A DNA stretch of 64,000 nucleotides from the human T2T-CHM13v2.0 reference genome, Homo sapiens, in the NCBI RefSeq assembly GCF_009914755.1, contig NC_060932.1; one strand, written 5' to 3'. Shown here piece after piece: positions 13,046 to 25,180 of the stretch; position 1 is the stretch's first letter, and the number at the start of each line of letters is the position of its first letter. A model generated the notes under the pieces. That model was not told where the DNA came from. It saw nothing but the letters and a program-made list of their open reading frames with translations, and searched no databases. The position numbers and the translations under genes were made by a program.

Positions 13046-13276
13046 CCAGTGTTTTCCATGGATCCACTCTGCAATGGTATCAGTAGGAATTAAGCACACA
13101 GCAACAGAGACATACTGAACATATTGATTACCAAGTCAAATGGTTTCCCTGGCAACCGTAACCCAATGAAATCCCTCAGAGCTTCCTTCCTTCCACACAC
13201 GATTTTTTTTTTCTAATGATTTCAGGCATCACAGATGGCAGAAACAGATACAAAAGTACCTGTTCCAAATATGTTG
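13046..13276 (-). pseudogene. Pseudo-exon (T)TYLEQVLLYLFLPSVMPEIIRKK/IVCGRKEALRDFIGLRLPGKPFDLVINMFSMSLLLCA*FLLIPLQSGSMENT(G)
   Basis: CTTTATTTTTGTAG| acceptor, TGG|GTAGGA donor; frameshift placed in the A10 run (13203-13212); TAA at 13090-13092; phase-2 end joins exon 12495-12660. Confidence 0.65.
13143..13156. promoter_or_regulatory. RFX X-box-like motif GTTTCCCTGGCAAC
   Basis: Close match to the near-palindromic X-box consensus with a GCAAC half-site; motif only, no functional data. Confidence 0.35.
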
Positions 13277-13397
13277 CTACAAAAATAAAGCTGATTCAGC
13301 AAGAGATGTTCTGCTGTGTTCTGTGGCTAGCTAACTTGTGTATTTTTTTGAATAATTTTGAAATGAGTCCATTCTCATGTGCATTGTAGTATGTGAA

Positions 13398-13882
13398 TGT
13401 ATTAGTTTTCTATTGCTGCTATAATAAATCACTACAAACTTCACGGCTTAAAATAACATAAATGTCTTATCTCACAGTTCTGCAGATCATAAGTCTGGCA
13501 CAGGTCTCACTGGAATAAAATCAAGGTGTCAATAGAGCTATGTTCCATTGTGGTGACTTTAAGGGAGAATCCTTTGCCTTTTTCAGCTTCTAGGAGCTAT
13601 TGGCATTCCTTGGCTCAGAGCGCCTTCTATTTTTAAGTTAGAAACATCACATCTCTCTCACCCTTCTTCTGTTGTCACATGCCAGCTGGGAAAGGTTCTT
13701 AAAAACTTGATCCTTCTGATGGCATTGGACCCATCTGAATAATCCAGAATAATCTCTACATCTCAAGGTCAGCACCATTAATCACAACTGTAAAGTCCGT
13801 TTGGCATGTAAGGTAACATATCCACATGTTCCAGGGATTAGGCCATGGATGTCTTTGCGAGGCCATTATTCTGCATACCACA
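13398..13882 (-). mobile_element. MaLR solo LTR (MLT1D-like)
   Basis: TGTATTAGTTTTC...GCATACCACA ends; 5-bp TSD GTGAA/ATGAA. Confidence 0.8.
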
Positions 13883-14006
13883 ATGAATGCATTGTCTAGC
13901 ATATTTCCAAGAAAGGAAGATGTCTTTCAAAGTATTCATACACAATAGAGCATGCACTTTGAACTGATTCTTTTAAGTATTGGTGATTGTTTCACACTCA
14001 TCTAAA

Positions 14007-14230
14007 GCAGAGACTGATAAACCTTATTTGTAGAGGGCTAGACCCTATGTATATTTGACATTGCTAACTATACAGTTTCTGTTACAAATATTCAACTCTG
14101 CCATTGTAGTATGAAAGCAGCCATTGACAGTACATAAATGAATGAGCTTGGCTGTGTTCCATAAAAATTTATACACAGAAACAGGCAGTGGGTCAGAGTC
14201 AGCCTGTTAGCTATAATTTGCCAATTTGTA
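14007..14230. mobile_element. MER58A-like hAT-Charlie MITE
   Basis: CTCTGCCATTGTAGTATGAAAGCAGCCA...GGCTGTGTTCCATAAAA core. Confidence 0.75.
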
Positions 14231-14489
14231 AACTAGAGCTATGAAAGTGGGTTTCTTATCGAATATAAGCTTTCTTCAATATTATCAAATCTGTCTTGAG
14301 TATCAATGATAGGGCATAAGACCACAAAGAGCTAGAGGACAGAAGATCTACCCTCAAGGGGCTAAATATAATTGGAAAGGTGAAACATTTTTATTAAAAC
14401 ATAATAACGTAATATTTGATTCGTATGTTTAGTTGAATACATTATTTAACTCTCAAACGTATCATCTTTAAAAATTATATTATGAGAGT

Positions 14490-17410
14490 TCCACTTCTCA
14501 TAATGAAAGACTATTTGGTATTGAACTACTTCCTACAGATGACAACAAATATACACTAAAAATAAAAATTTTTTTAAATATTTTTAAAATAAACAGCTAT
14601 CTGTAGGTAGTGTAGAATGATCAACAGCACACAGAAAGTAGAGAGGAGTCCAGCTTTGAAAGACAAGAACTATTCTGATAGAAATTAGTGCTTATATGAC
14701 TTTTTGCCTAAGGGCACATCCCCTCTGTGTGGCATAAAGCTGAAGAACTAAAGAACACATCTGGTCTTATTGGCTTAAATAGTCAGCGTACGGAGTTGGG
14801 AGATGTTACAGCGCATAGAGAATAAGTGAGAAATCCCAGAAATTAGTGATTCACAGGAGGAAAACTCTCAAAACTGCATATAACCTCTGTCCCCTTTTGG
14901 TTGAAGCCTGAATTTTGCATGCATGGAAGATGCACCCAGTTTCCCAGTGAAAAGCAACAGCTGAAAGATTAAAAGAACTGAGTATTTTCAGCTGCTGTTT
15001 ATTCCAGGGGAGATAGAGATTGAAGTTTAATGCTAATAAAGTTGGCATCCTGCTAAAACAAAAATCTACGGTTATAAGGAAAAAAGATTCCAGAGTCTCA
15101 GTCTTTAGCAGTAAATGAATCATTAAGAATAACTAGTACACAATAAAAAAATTAATAGACACGAAAATAAACAGAAAAATGGGAGCACTAGTTAAGAGAA
15201 AGGTAGTATGTATGTAGTAACAGATTTCTAGATGACACAGATGTTAGAATTAGAAGGCAAGAATGTTAAAGTAAGTAAAATAACTATATTGGTGACTTAA
15301 AGGAGAACATGGTCATTATAAATGAACAGAAGGAGAAATCTGCAAACTAATGGAAACCATGAAAAGAGAACCAAGTGGATTATAGAAGATAAAAAGTAAA
15401 GTTTATGCAATTAAAAATATTACTGGATGGGCTTATCAGCTTATTAGAGATGGTACAAGAAAATGCCAGTGAACTTGAAGAAAAAGATGAAAGGAAGAAA
15501 AAAATTATTGAAAAAGATGTGAAGAGAGCTTTATGGCACAATAACAACTTGATTAACATATGTGCAACTGGAGTCCCAGAAGGATAAAAGGATGAAAATG
15601 GAATAAAACAAAATTTGGAGAAGTAATGACTATTAGGTTTTCAAATGGAGTGAAACAACACTATGCTAGATCCCAAGAAGCTCTGCAAACCCCAAGCATA
15701 AAAAAGAGAAAGGAAGGAAGGATGGAAGGAGGAAAGGAAGGAAAGGAAGGAAGGGAGAGAGGAAAGAAGGAAAGAAGGGAGGGAGGGAAGAGGGAAGGGA
15801 AGGGAAGGGAAGGCAGTCAAAACATCAGGGTTAAACTGTTGAAGACTGAAGAGTGAATTTTTTAAAAATCTAGAAAGCAGACAGAGAAAGATGACATATA
15901 TATAAGGGAGCAATGATATGAATGATGGCTGACTTCCCAACAGAAACAGTGATGGCTGGAATACTATTTCTGGTAAAAATATAAAAGATAACATCAGAAT
16001 AAAATAATTTTCAAATAAAGGAAAAGAAAGAAAAATTTTAACCCACAAACCTGCACTTAAGAAATACTAATAAAAATCCTTCACTTGGAAGGAAAATGAC
16101 ACCAGATAAAAACTAGGATCTAAAAGAAGAAATAAGAAGTCTTTGAAGGCTAATTATATGGGTACATCTATAAGATTCTTTCTTGCCTTTTTGTGTATGT
16201 ATGTTTGTACGTATGTATGTGTAATATGTGTGTATATCTCTATTTGTTCCTTTTCCTAATTTATTTAAAAGCCATGTGAGTGTTTAAAGCAAAAATAAAA
16301 GAATAAATACATATTGTAAAATTTATCCTGCACTACATGTAAAACATAGGACAACAATAGCACAAAGAGTAGGTCAATAAATTGCATTAAACCATTTCAT
16401 GGTTCTTACATCTTACATGAAGGGTTGTAATATAAACACTAAGGAAATTGTGATAAGGTAAGGGTCTATATCATAATCCCTAGGGCAAATGCACACCACC
16501 ACACCCCCACCCCCCCCCCCCCGACACACACACACTGCAAAGAGGCATAGCTACAAAGCCAATAGAGGAATTGCAATAAAATACTAAAAATTATTCAATA
16601 AGGCAAGAGAAGGCAGAAAAGGAAGAATATATAATCAGAAAGATGATGAGATAAAGAGAAAATGCATGGCAAAATTAAAGACTTAGATCTAAACATGTAA
16701 ATAATTGTATCAAATATAAATGAATTAAGCACTCCTAACAATATGTTAAAATAACCAAGACTGAATATTTTAAAAGGCTATTTATGGGAGATGCACCTTA
16801 AATATAAAGGCACAAACAGTATGGAAGTAAAAAAAAAAAATGGAAAGTGACATATTTTGCACAGTAACAGTAAACACAAGAAACCTGAGTAGATATATTA
16901 ATACCAGAAGACAAAAATAGATAAATACAAAAAAACAAGGACTATTGCCAGCAATTAAGAAGGCCAGCTTACAATGATAAAAGCTTAATTAATCAGAAAG
17001 ACACAGTGATCATAACGTTTGTGCAATAAATAACTTATATAAAAAGCAAACTTTGACAGAATTAAATGGAGAAATAAACAAACTCATACAGTAGTAGATT
17101 TTTATACGTTTCTAAACAATTGATGGTCAGAATAATAAGTAAAGATTTAGGAGACCTGAAGAACACTATTAAACAATTTAACCTGCCTGATATTTATAGA
17201 GCATCAACACCCAACAAGTGCAAAATACATATCATTTCCAAGTACACATGAAATATTTCTCAAGGTAGACTATAATTGGGCCATAAAATGAGAAGATGAA
17301 ATTTATGAAATTTAAAAGGAAGAATGAAATTTTACCAACTATTTTTCCTGACCACAATAAAATTAATGTAGAAGCCAATAATAATAAAATATCTTAAAAT
17401 CCACAAATAT
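14490..17410 (+). mobile_element. Ancient L1M (5' region, ORF1 and endonuclease remnants)
   Basis: Degenerate ORF1 (ICATGVPEG) and A-rich ORF2 EN sequence. Confidence 0.7.
15706..15812. repeat. (GGAA)n/(GGGA)n purine tract
   Basis: Direct inspection. Confidence 0.9.
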
Positions 17411-19718
17411 GGGAGCAGCCAAGATGGCCGGATGGAAATAGCTGCACTCTGTGGCTCTAACCGAGAAGGATGAAAATGGTGAGTGAATTCTGCATCTTCA
17501 ATTGAGGTACCAAGGTTCTCTCATTGGGACTGACTAGGCATTTGGTGCGACCCACAGAGAGTGAGGAAACTCCGGGCCGATCTAGGGCCTACCTGGGAGC
17601 TGCAAGGGGCAAAGGGAGCTCCCTTCCCCAGCCAAGGGAGGCGGTGAGGGATTGTGCTACCGCTCCCTGAAAATCACCCTTTTCCCATGGATCCTTGCAA
17701 CCCACGGATCAGGAGGTCCACTCATGAGCTCACACCACCAGGGCCTTGGGTCTCAAGCACAGAGCTGTGAAGGCTCACGGTGGCTGCTTCAGTGGGCAGC
17801 CGCCCAAGCAGGCACTGGGTCACAGGAGTTTGTGCATACTCCCGCTCTGTGAATTCTGGTGAGGCAGGAGATCCTCCCACTTCCGTGGGAAGGGGGTTGA
17901 AGCCAGGGAGCCAAGCGGCCTCACTCAGCAGGTCCCACTCAAACAGAACCCCACAAGCTAAAACCCACTGACTTGGAACCCCTGCCAGCCAGCATAGCTG
18001 ACTGGAGACTGCCTAGGAAGACCGAGTTCCATTGGAGGAGGGGTGGCCGCCATCACTGTGGCTCCAGTCAGGCGTTTTCTCCTACCGCTGGTGCCAGCAA
18101 GACTGGGTGGTTTGGACACAGAGCAATTTCCCACAGTGCAGCATGTGGCTGGGACAGTTCGTGGCCGGGATGCTTCTTTAAGCAGGACCTCAATCCACCC
18201 CTCCTCACTGGGCGGGGCCTCCCTGTGGGAATTTCAGCATGATCAGCCGGGGGCTTATGGACAGAACTCTGAAATCCCTGAGAGGAGACCCTAGGAGGAG
18301 GGGCTGCTGTGGTATCATGGATCAGTGGTCTTAGTCTTTTCTGCATGTTTGCTCTGGAGAGTCAGGGCAGCCCTGGCAAGGGAAGCTCCCCCTAGTGCCC
18401 ACACCTACTCTGCCAAGGGGCAGTCAGACTGCTTATTTAAGCAGGTCCCTGAACCCACTCCTTCTGACTGGGTGAAACCTCCCGACAGGAGTATCCAGAC
18501 ACTTCATATAGGAGCATTCCAGCAGCATCAGGTCAGTTCCCCTCTTGGACAGAGCTCCCTGCTCCGGAGAAGGAACAGGCTGCCATCTTTGCTGTTCTGC
18601 AGCCTCTACTGATGATACCTCCAGGGAAGGGAGGGACCCAGGAGAATAGGGTCTGGAGTGGACCCAGGAGAATAGGGTCTGGAGTGGATCCCCAGCAAAA
18701 CTGCAGCAGCAGCTCTATGGAAGATGGGCCTGACTGCTAAACGAAAAACAAACAGAAAACAACAACAACAACATCACCAAAAAAGAGACCAAAAAACCCC
18801 ATCCAAAGTTCAGCAGCCGCAAAGATCAAAGGTAGATGAACCTAGGATGATGAGAAAGAATCAATCAAAAATGCTGAAAACTAAAAAATACAGAGTGCCT
18901 ATTCTCCAAATGATCACAACATGTCTCCAACAAGGGCACAGACCTGGGCTGAGGCTGAGATGAATGAATTGACAGAAGTAGGCTTCAGAAGATGGGTAAT
19001 AATGAACTTTGCTGAGCTAAAGGAGTATGCTCTAACTCACTGCAAGGAAGCTAAGAACCATGATAAAACATTACAAAAGCTGTTAACCAGAATAATCAGT
19101 TTAGAGAGGAACGTAAATGACCTGATGGAGCTGAAAAACACAACATAAGAACTTCACAATGCACACAAGTAGTTCAATAGCTGAATAAACCAAGCAGAAG
19201 AAAGAATATCAGAGCTTAAAGACTGTCTTGCTGAAATAAGGCAGACAGACAAGATTAGAAAAAAAAGAATAAAAATGAACAAAACCTCCAAGAACTATGG
19301 AATTATGTTAAAAGACAAAACCTGTGACTGACAGGGGTACCTGAAAGAGACAGGGAGAATGGAATCAAGTTGGAAAACACACTTTAGGATATCATCCAGG
19401 AGAACTTCCCCAACATAGCAAGACAGGCAAACATTCAAATTCAGGAAATCCAGAGAACCCTAGTAAGACACTCCATGAGAAGATCACCCCCAAGGCACAT
19501 AATCATCATATTATCTAAGCACGAAATGATGAAAAAAATGTTAAGGGCAGACAGAGAGAAAGCCAGGTCACCTACAAAGGGAAGCCCATCAGACTAACAG
19601 TGGACCTCTTAGTGGAAACCCTACAAGCCAGAAGAGATTGTGGGCCAGTATGCAACATTCTTAAAGAAAAAAATTTCCAACCTAGAATTTCATATTCTGT
19701 TAAACTAAGCTTCATAAG
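17411..19718 (+). mobile_element. Older L1PA element: 5' UTR plus most of ORF1, 3'-truncated
   Basis: GGGAGCAGCCAAGATGGCCG start, GC-rich 5' UTR, ORF1 peptide ELTEVGFRRWVIMNFAELKE. Confidence 0.85.
18635..18686. repeat. Perfect 26-bp tandem duplication
   Basis: GACCCAGGAGAATAGGGTCTGGAGTG x2. Confidence 0.9.
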
Positions 19719-20909
19719 ATAAACGTAATAACAACAAAATCTAAACTCAGCTTACCTATTGACTAGATGGACAGAACTGTTTACACTAACAGAAGACTGA
19801 AACTGGTAAAATTGTGATTAAATGAATTAGATATATTTTTCTTATTTTTGGTTACTTTAAAAGATAGTTTATGTCTCAAACAAAAATAAAAACAATGTAT
19901 TGGAGGTCTATAACAAATAGAATTAAAATATCTAATAACAATGGCACAAAGGATAGGGTAGAAGGAAATAAAAGTATACTATTGTAAAGTTTTTATATTA
20001 TACAGGAAGTGATATATCATTATTTGAAAGTAGATAGTGATAAGTTAAAGTTGTATATTGTAATCTTCAGAGGAACCACTAAAAATATAAAATGAAATAT
20101 AGCAAATAACATGTGATGTAGATAAAGTGAAATCATAACATTATTTCAATCCAAAATTAAACAGAAAAGAGGATAAGAGGAAAAAAATCAAATGTTATAA
20201 AAACAGCAGTATAGTAGCTTTAAACTAAATCATATCAATAATTTTCTTATATATAAATGGTCTAAACACTCCAATTAAAAGGCAGAGACTGAGATTAGCT
20301 TTTAAAAGCAAGAATGAATAATACACTATCCACAAGAAACTGTCTTTAAATATAAAAACATAATCTAAAGGATGAAAAGGTATATGCCACACAAACATTA
20401 ATGAAAAGAAAGTTGTAATGGTTATATTACTATCAAACACAGTAATTTCAGAACAAGAAATAGTGTCTTGCATAAAGAGGGACTTTTCATAATGATAAAG
20501 GGGTTAAAAATACATAACAATTCTAAATATCTATACATTGATAATAGAACTTCAAAATAAGTAGAGTGAAAGCTGATCAAACTAAAAGAAGAAATAGATA
20601 AGTCCAAAATGACACAAAATTTCAACACTTCTTTTTCAGTAAATTAGAATAAGAGAGAAAATTAAATGCAAAGTAAGCAGAAATAAGGAAATAGTAAAAA
20701 TAAGAGTAGAAAATAGAACAATAGAGAAAAATCAATGACATCAAAAGGTGGTTCTCTGCAGAAAAAAAATGACTAACCTTTAGTTTGAATTATCAGAAAA
20801 CAAAGAGTAGAGAGAATCATCAATATAAGAAATGAAAGAGGAGAAATAACTACTGATCCTACAGACATTAACAAGACAGTAGAAAATATAAAGAACAGCT
20901 TGGTGCCAA

Positions 20910-21316
20910 TTTTAATACAGAGTCTGACACTGTTTTTTGATACTTGACTGCTATCAACTTTTAAAGCTCAGTTCCTCCCCTTCCACTCCACATCTGGGCA
21001 AGCTGGCCAAAAAAAAAAAAAAAAAAAAAAAAAAGGCCAGAGTGTTTTCTACTTTGGCATCAGCAGGAGATTCAACACATAAGCACCACCCACACGTGGA
21101 AACCTTCACACAGGCCTCACCCCTACCTACCACAAGTGCCCCAAGCCAGTCACCTCTCCTTGTTCTCTCAAGTTATTTCGTACCTGCTTAGGAGACTTGC
21201 TCTCCACAGAAAGTCTCATTATGTGAATAATAACCTTTTCATACCCATTCGGGGTGTTTGTGTGTCTGTGTGTGTGTGTGTATGCAAACATTAGCCTCTG
21301 AAGGGTGTCTACAACA
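20910..21316 (+). mobile_element. ERVL LTR (MER54-like)
   Basis: CCACATCTGGGCAAGCTG...GGAGATTCAA and GTCTCATTATGTGAATAATAACCTTTTCATACCC motifs; ends in ACAACA. Confidence 0.65.
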
Positions 21317-22431
21317 CCAGTAATTCTGAGATCTGATAAAAGGAAAAAATTGTTAGAGGACATAAATTTTTAATGCCCAATTAAGAGAAAATAATCTAGA
21401 GATCTTTGTATCCATTAAAGAAACTGAGTTTGTTGTTAAAAAGTTTGCACACACATACACAATTCCCAAATCCAGGTGGCTTCAATGGTGAACCTATCAA
21501 CCACTTAAGAACTGATACTGCTACTATCACTAATACAATTTCTATACAAATGTTTCCAGAAAATAAAAGAGAAGGGAACACTTATTAACTTATTTTATTA
21601 GTACAGTATTACTATGATTAAAAAACACACAGAAGAGACAACATAAGAACTTATAGACTGATATCCCTTAGGAAGATAGAAATAAATATTCTTAACATAT
21701 TTTGACAAATAAAATCCAGCAATATTTAACAAGGCAACTAAGAGTTAACTTGGGAATAAAAGGTTACTTCAAGATTTGAAAACCAATATATACCTCATAA
21801 TAAAATTCTAAAGAGGAAAAGTATGATAATCTCACTAAAGAGAAGGCATTTGACAAAATTCAACATCTATTCATGATAAAAACTTAGCAAACTAGGAATA
21901 GAACATCCTCAACCTAATAAAGGTAGTTATAGAAACCCTACAACTAACATCATTCTTAATAGTGAAACTTAGAAAACATTATTTGTAATGGCACCAAAAG
22001 TAAAATAGTTAAAAATAAATGTGACAAATGCTTTATAATACGTTTTATAAAATATGTTTAATAAAACACATTTAATTACTTTTATTTTTAACTTTCTGGG
22101 GTGAAGTTTTCTATTTATGGATAAAATATTATACATGTATATGCATTTATCAAACTCATCAAATTGTGCACTTAAGATGTGTATATCATCATAGGTAAAT
22201 TTTATGTTAAAAAAAACCCTCCCATAAACAAAAATTAAACTCTAGTGATTAAGTTTGCTTTATATGCTGGTACTGTTAGCAATTTGCAAACTACTTTCTG
22301 TTTATTATAGGAATGAGTAAATGGATGACTATATTGAGAATGATGAAAGTTAAGTTTCTCACTGCTGAATAAAGGAGTTACAAATATAGAAAGACAAAGA
22401 CTAGAATTTATCCTCTGGTGTTTTATCGTAA

Positions 22432-22787
<356 letters not shown>

Positions 22788-23168
22788 GAACCTGTATTTC
22801 TAACTCTGTGTAAAACTTTGTTATTGTCTCTTCCTTCTTGTCCTTTTTCTCCTTGTCTTCGTTTCTCCTTATCCTTCTTCCTGTCTGTGCAGATGCATGT
22901 ATGGGTGCACACACACACACCCACACACACAACCCAACACATATGCATATTTCCTACCTCTGTCGGCTCAGAAGGCGTATAAACCATTGGAACACCAAAG
23001 CAATGAGTACATCTGGCACCTATATCTTGGTTTGTAAATACCATTGCCCAGTTAAAGAAGCTAACTTAAGTTAAAGAAGCTCAACCTTCTTGGAGGAAAG
23101 TCTGAATCCAGAACTGGCAGAGAAACTACAAGATAAGACTGGAAAACTTTGAGTCAGAAAATAAGCAC

Positions 23169-23487
23169 AATGGTCAGTTTTATGTGACAAATGGACTAGG
23201 CTCTCTATCCCAGATTACTCAGTCAAACACTTTCCTAGGTGTTGCAGTAAAGGTACTGTGTAATACACAATTAGTTGACTTTAATAAAGGAGGCATCCTG
23301 GAAAATCCTATTAGTTAAAATGCCTTATGAGCAAAACTAAATTCTAAGATTCCCTGAAAAGGAAGAAATTTGCCTATGGACTACAGCTTCAGATTCTGCA
23401 AGGAGTTCCCAGCCTGCCAGAGTGCCCGCAGTTTCCAATTTACTTAGGCAGCTCCAAATAGTGTAAGTCAATTCTTTGCAATACATT

Positions 23488-23527
<40 letters not shown>

Positions 23528-23617
23528 TCTCTCTCTCCCTTTCTCTCTCTCTCTCTCTCTCCCTCTCTCTCTCTCGCCTACTGTTCTTTTTCCTCTGGTG
23601 GAACCCCAACTGATGCA
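23169..23617 (+). mobile_element. MLT2 LTR containing a (TC)n microsatellite (~23489-23575)
   Basis: ATGGTCAGTTTTATGTGACAA start and TGGTGGAACCCCAACTGATGCA end. Confidence 0.75.
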
Positions 23618-24930
23618 GTAAGGGAGAACAAAATAACAACAACTAATCAAAAAGATATAGCAGCTAGCTTGAAGAGGCATCTACATATCCAATATGAGAA
23701 TTTGGGGCATCAAAATATGCAATGAATGATAACTTATTGAATAAAGTAAGGATCTATGTGTCTGTACTAACATAAATAAATGAGTAAAGAAATGAGCAAA
23801 TAAGTGGAAGATAGAAAAATTCTTCCTTAAAGTAGAATATGAACTAACAAATGTAGCGGGAATGGTGTAGTTTAAAAAATCATCAGTGGATGCTAAAACT
23901 CAATAAAGGTCATGAGAAACAAGATATTTACAGAGGCACCAAGTACCCCCTCACAGAATATTAATAACAGAGAAAAATGGTAGCTTTACAGTGGAGGATC
24001 ATGGACTACATCATCTCAATTAAGGAATCAAAGTTAACATCATCGATATTGGTACAAACCAGATCCATATGCCTCCTGATACTGTGTGTTGAAAGAGACT
24101 CAGTGTCACGTCAGTGTGCCTGACACACCGCATACCTGACAATACACATAACAAGAATCTAATCATGAGGAAATAGCCATGCCCAAAATGAGGAACATTC
24201 TGTAAAATAAATACCCAATTCTCCTTCAAACTGGCAATGTTCATAAAGATTCTTTTAAGTTTGGGGAGTGTTTTGGGTTAAAGGTTGCTAAATCAGCCTG
24301 GCAGCAAAGTATAATTGTAATACTGGATTCAATTCAGCATGAAAAAATAAAATTAGCTATAAAGCACCACTCTGGGATAACTGGCAAAATTTCTCTGTGA
24401 CTTGACTAATGGTAATGTGTCTATGTTAAATTTCCCAATTTTGAAAACTGTACTGTGGTTATGTAAGATAATGTACTTGTTCTTAAGAAATACACTGAAG
24501 TATTTAGCAATAAAAGGGCCCAATGTCTCTACATTACTCTCAAGAGGTTCAGAAAATATGTATACATAAATATTTAGTAAGAGAATAATAAATCAATGGG
24601 ACAAAATATAAACAACTGGTGAATATGAGTAAAGGGATAAGTGATTTCCTAACACGATTTTTGCAACATGTCTGAAAGTTTAAAACTATTGCTAAATTAA
24701 AAGTTACAAAAAAAAAAGTGTAAAAAAAAATCTATGGTGCCAAGATTACATTTTGTGGTAATAACCATATGGATATAAAGAAAATAGGAGGACTTAGGTT
24801 TTATTTCCATTGAAAAACAATGAGTAGATAAAATTAGAGGTCAACAACTAAGACAGATCCGATTTTTGCATTCTGCTTCATTGCCATAGAAAGTAAACAA
24901 GAACAAAAGATCAGAATTTTGTTTCCTGAC

Positions 24931-25180
24931 TGTAAAACTTCGTCACTTGTCTTTTTTCTGATTTGCTTTCCAGTCTCTCACGTCTGGAATTCTCGAAATC
25001 ACTGGTTCCAACTGGATCACTCTCCGCAAATGGCCTCAGCATTAAAGAATGATCTCTTTTTATAAACTTCAACAGAAGGTAATCAAATACAGTATTTATC
25101 ATAGCAAAATAGTGGGAACATGGGAAAATGCCTTTCCAGCTGGTTCTCATGTTTTCCTGAGAGGCTTTAGATATTGCAGC
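24931..25180 (-). pseudogene. Pseudo-exon AAISKASQENMRTSWKGIFPCSHYFAMINTVFDYLLLKFIKRDHSLMLRPFAESDPVGTSDFENSRRERLESKSEKRQVTKFY
   Basis: TTTTTTCTAAAATTATTTAG| acceptor, open for 83 codons; weak donor ACA|GTCAGG gives phase 1, matching exon 13046-13276. Confidence 0.6.

Noticed and set aside
15626-16048. ORFs of 76-135 aa
   Set aside because: Produced by the (GGAA)n tract inside old L1; the same applies to the (TC)n ORFs at 23337-23680
17411-18400. CpG-island promoter of a host gene
   Set aside because: The GC-rich sequence is an L1 5' UTR with decayed CpGs
21005-21039. A26 run flanked by GGCCA as a solitary poly(A) retro-insertion
   Set aside because: The flanking repeat is only 4-5 bp and the host LTR has a short A-rich motif here; slippage expansion is simpler
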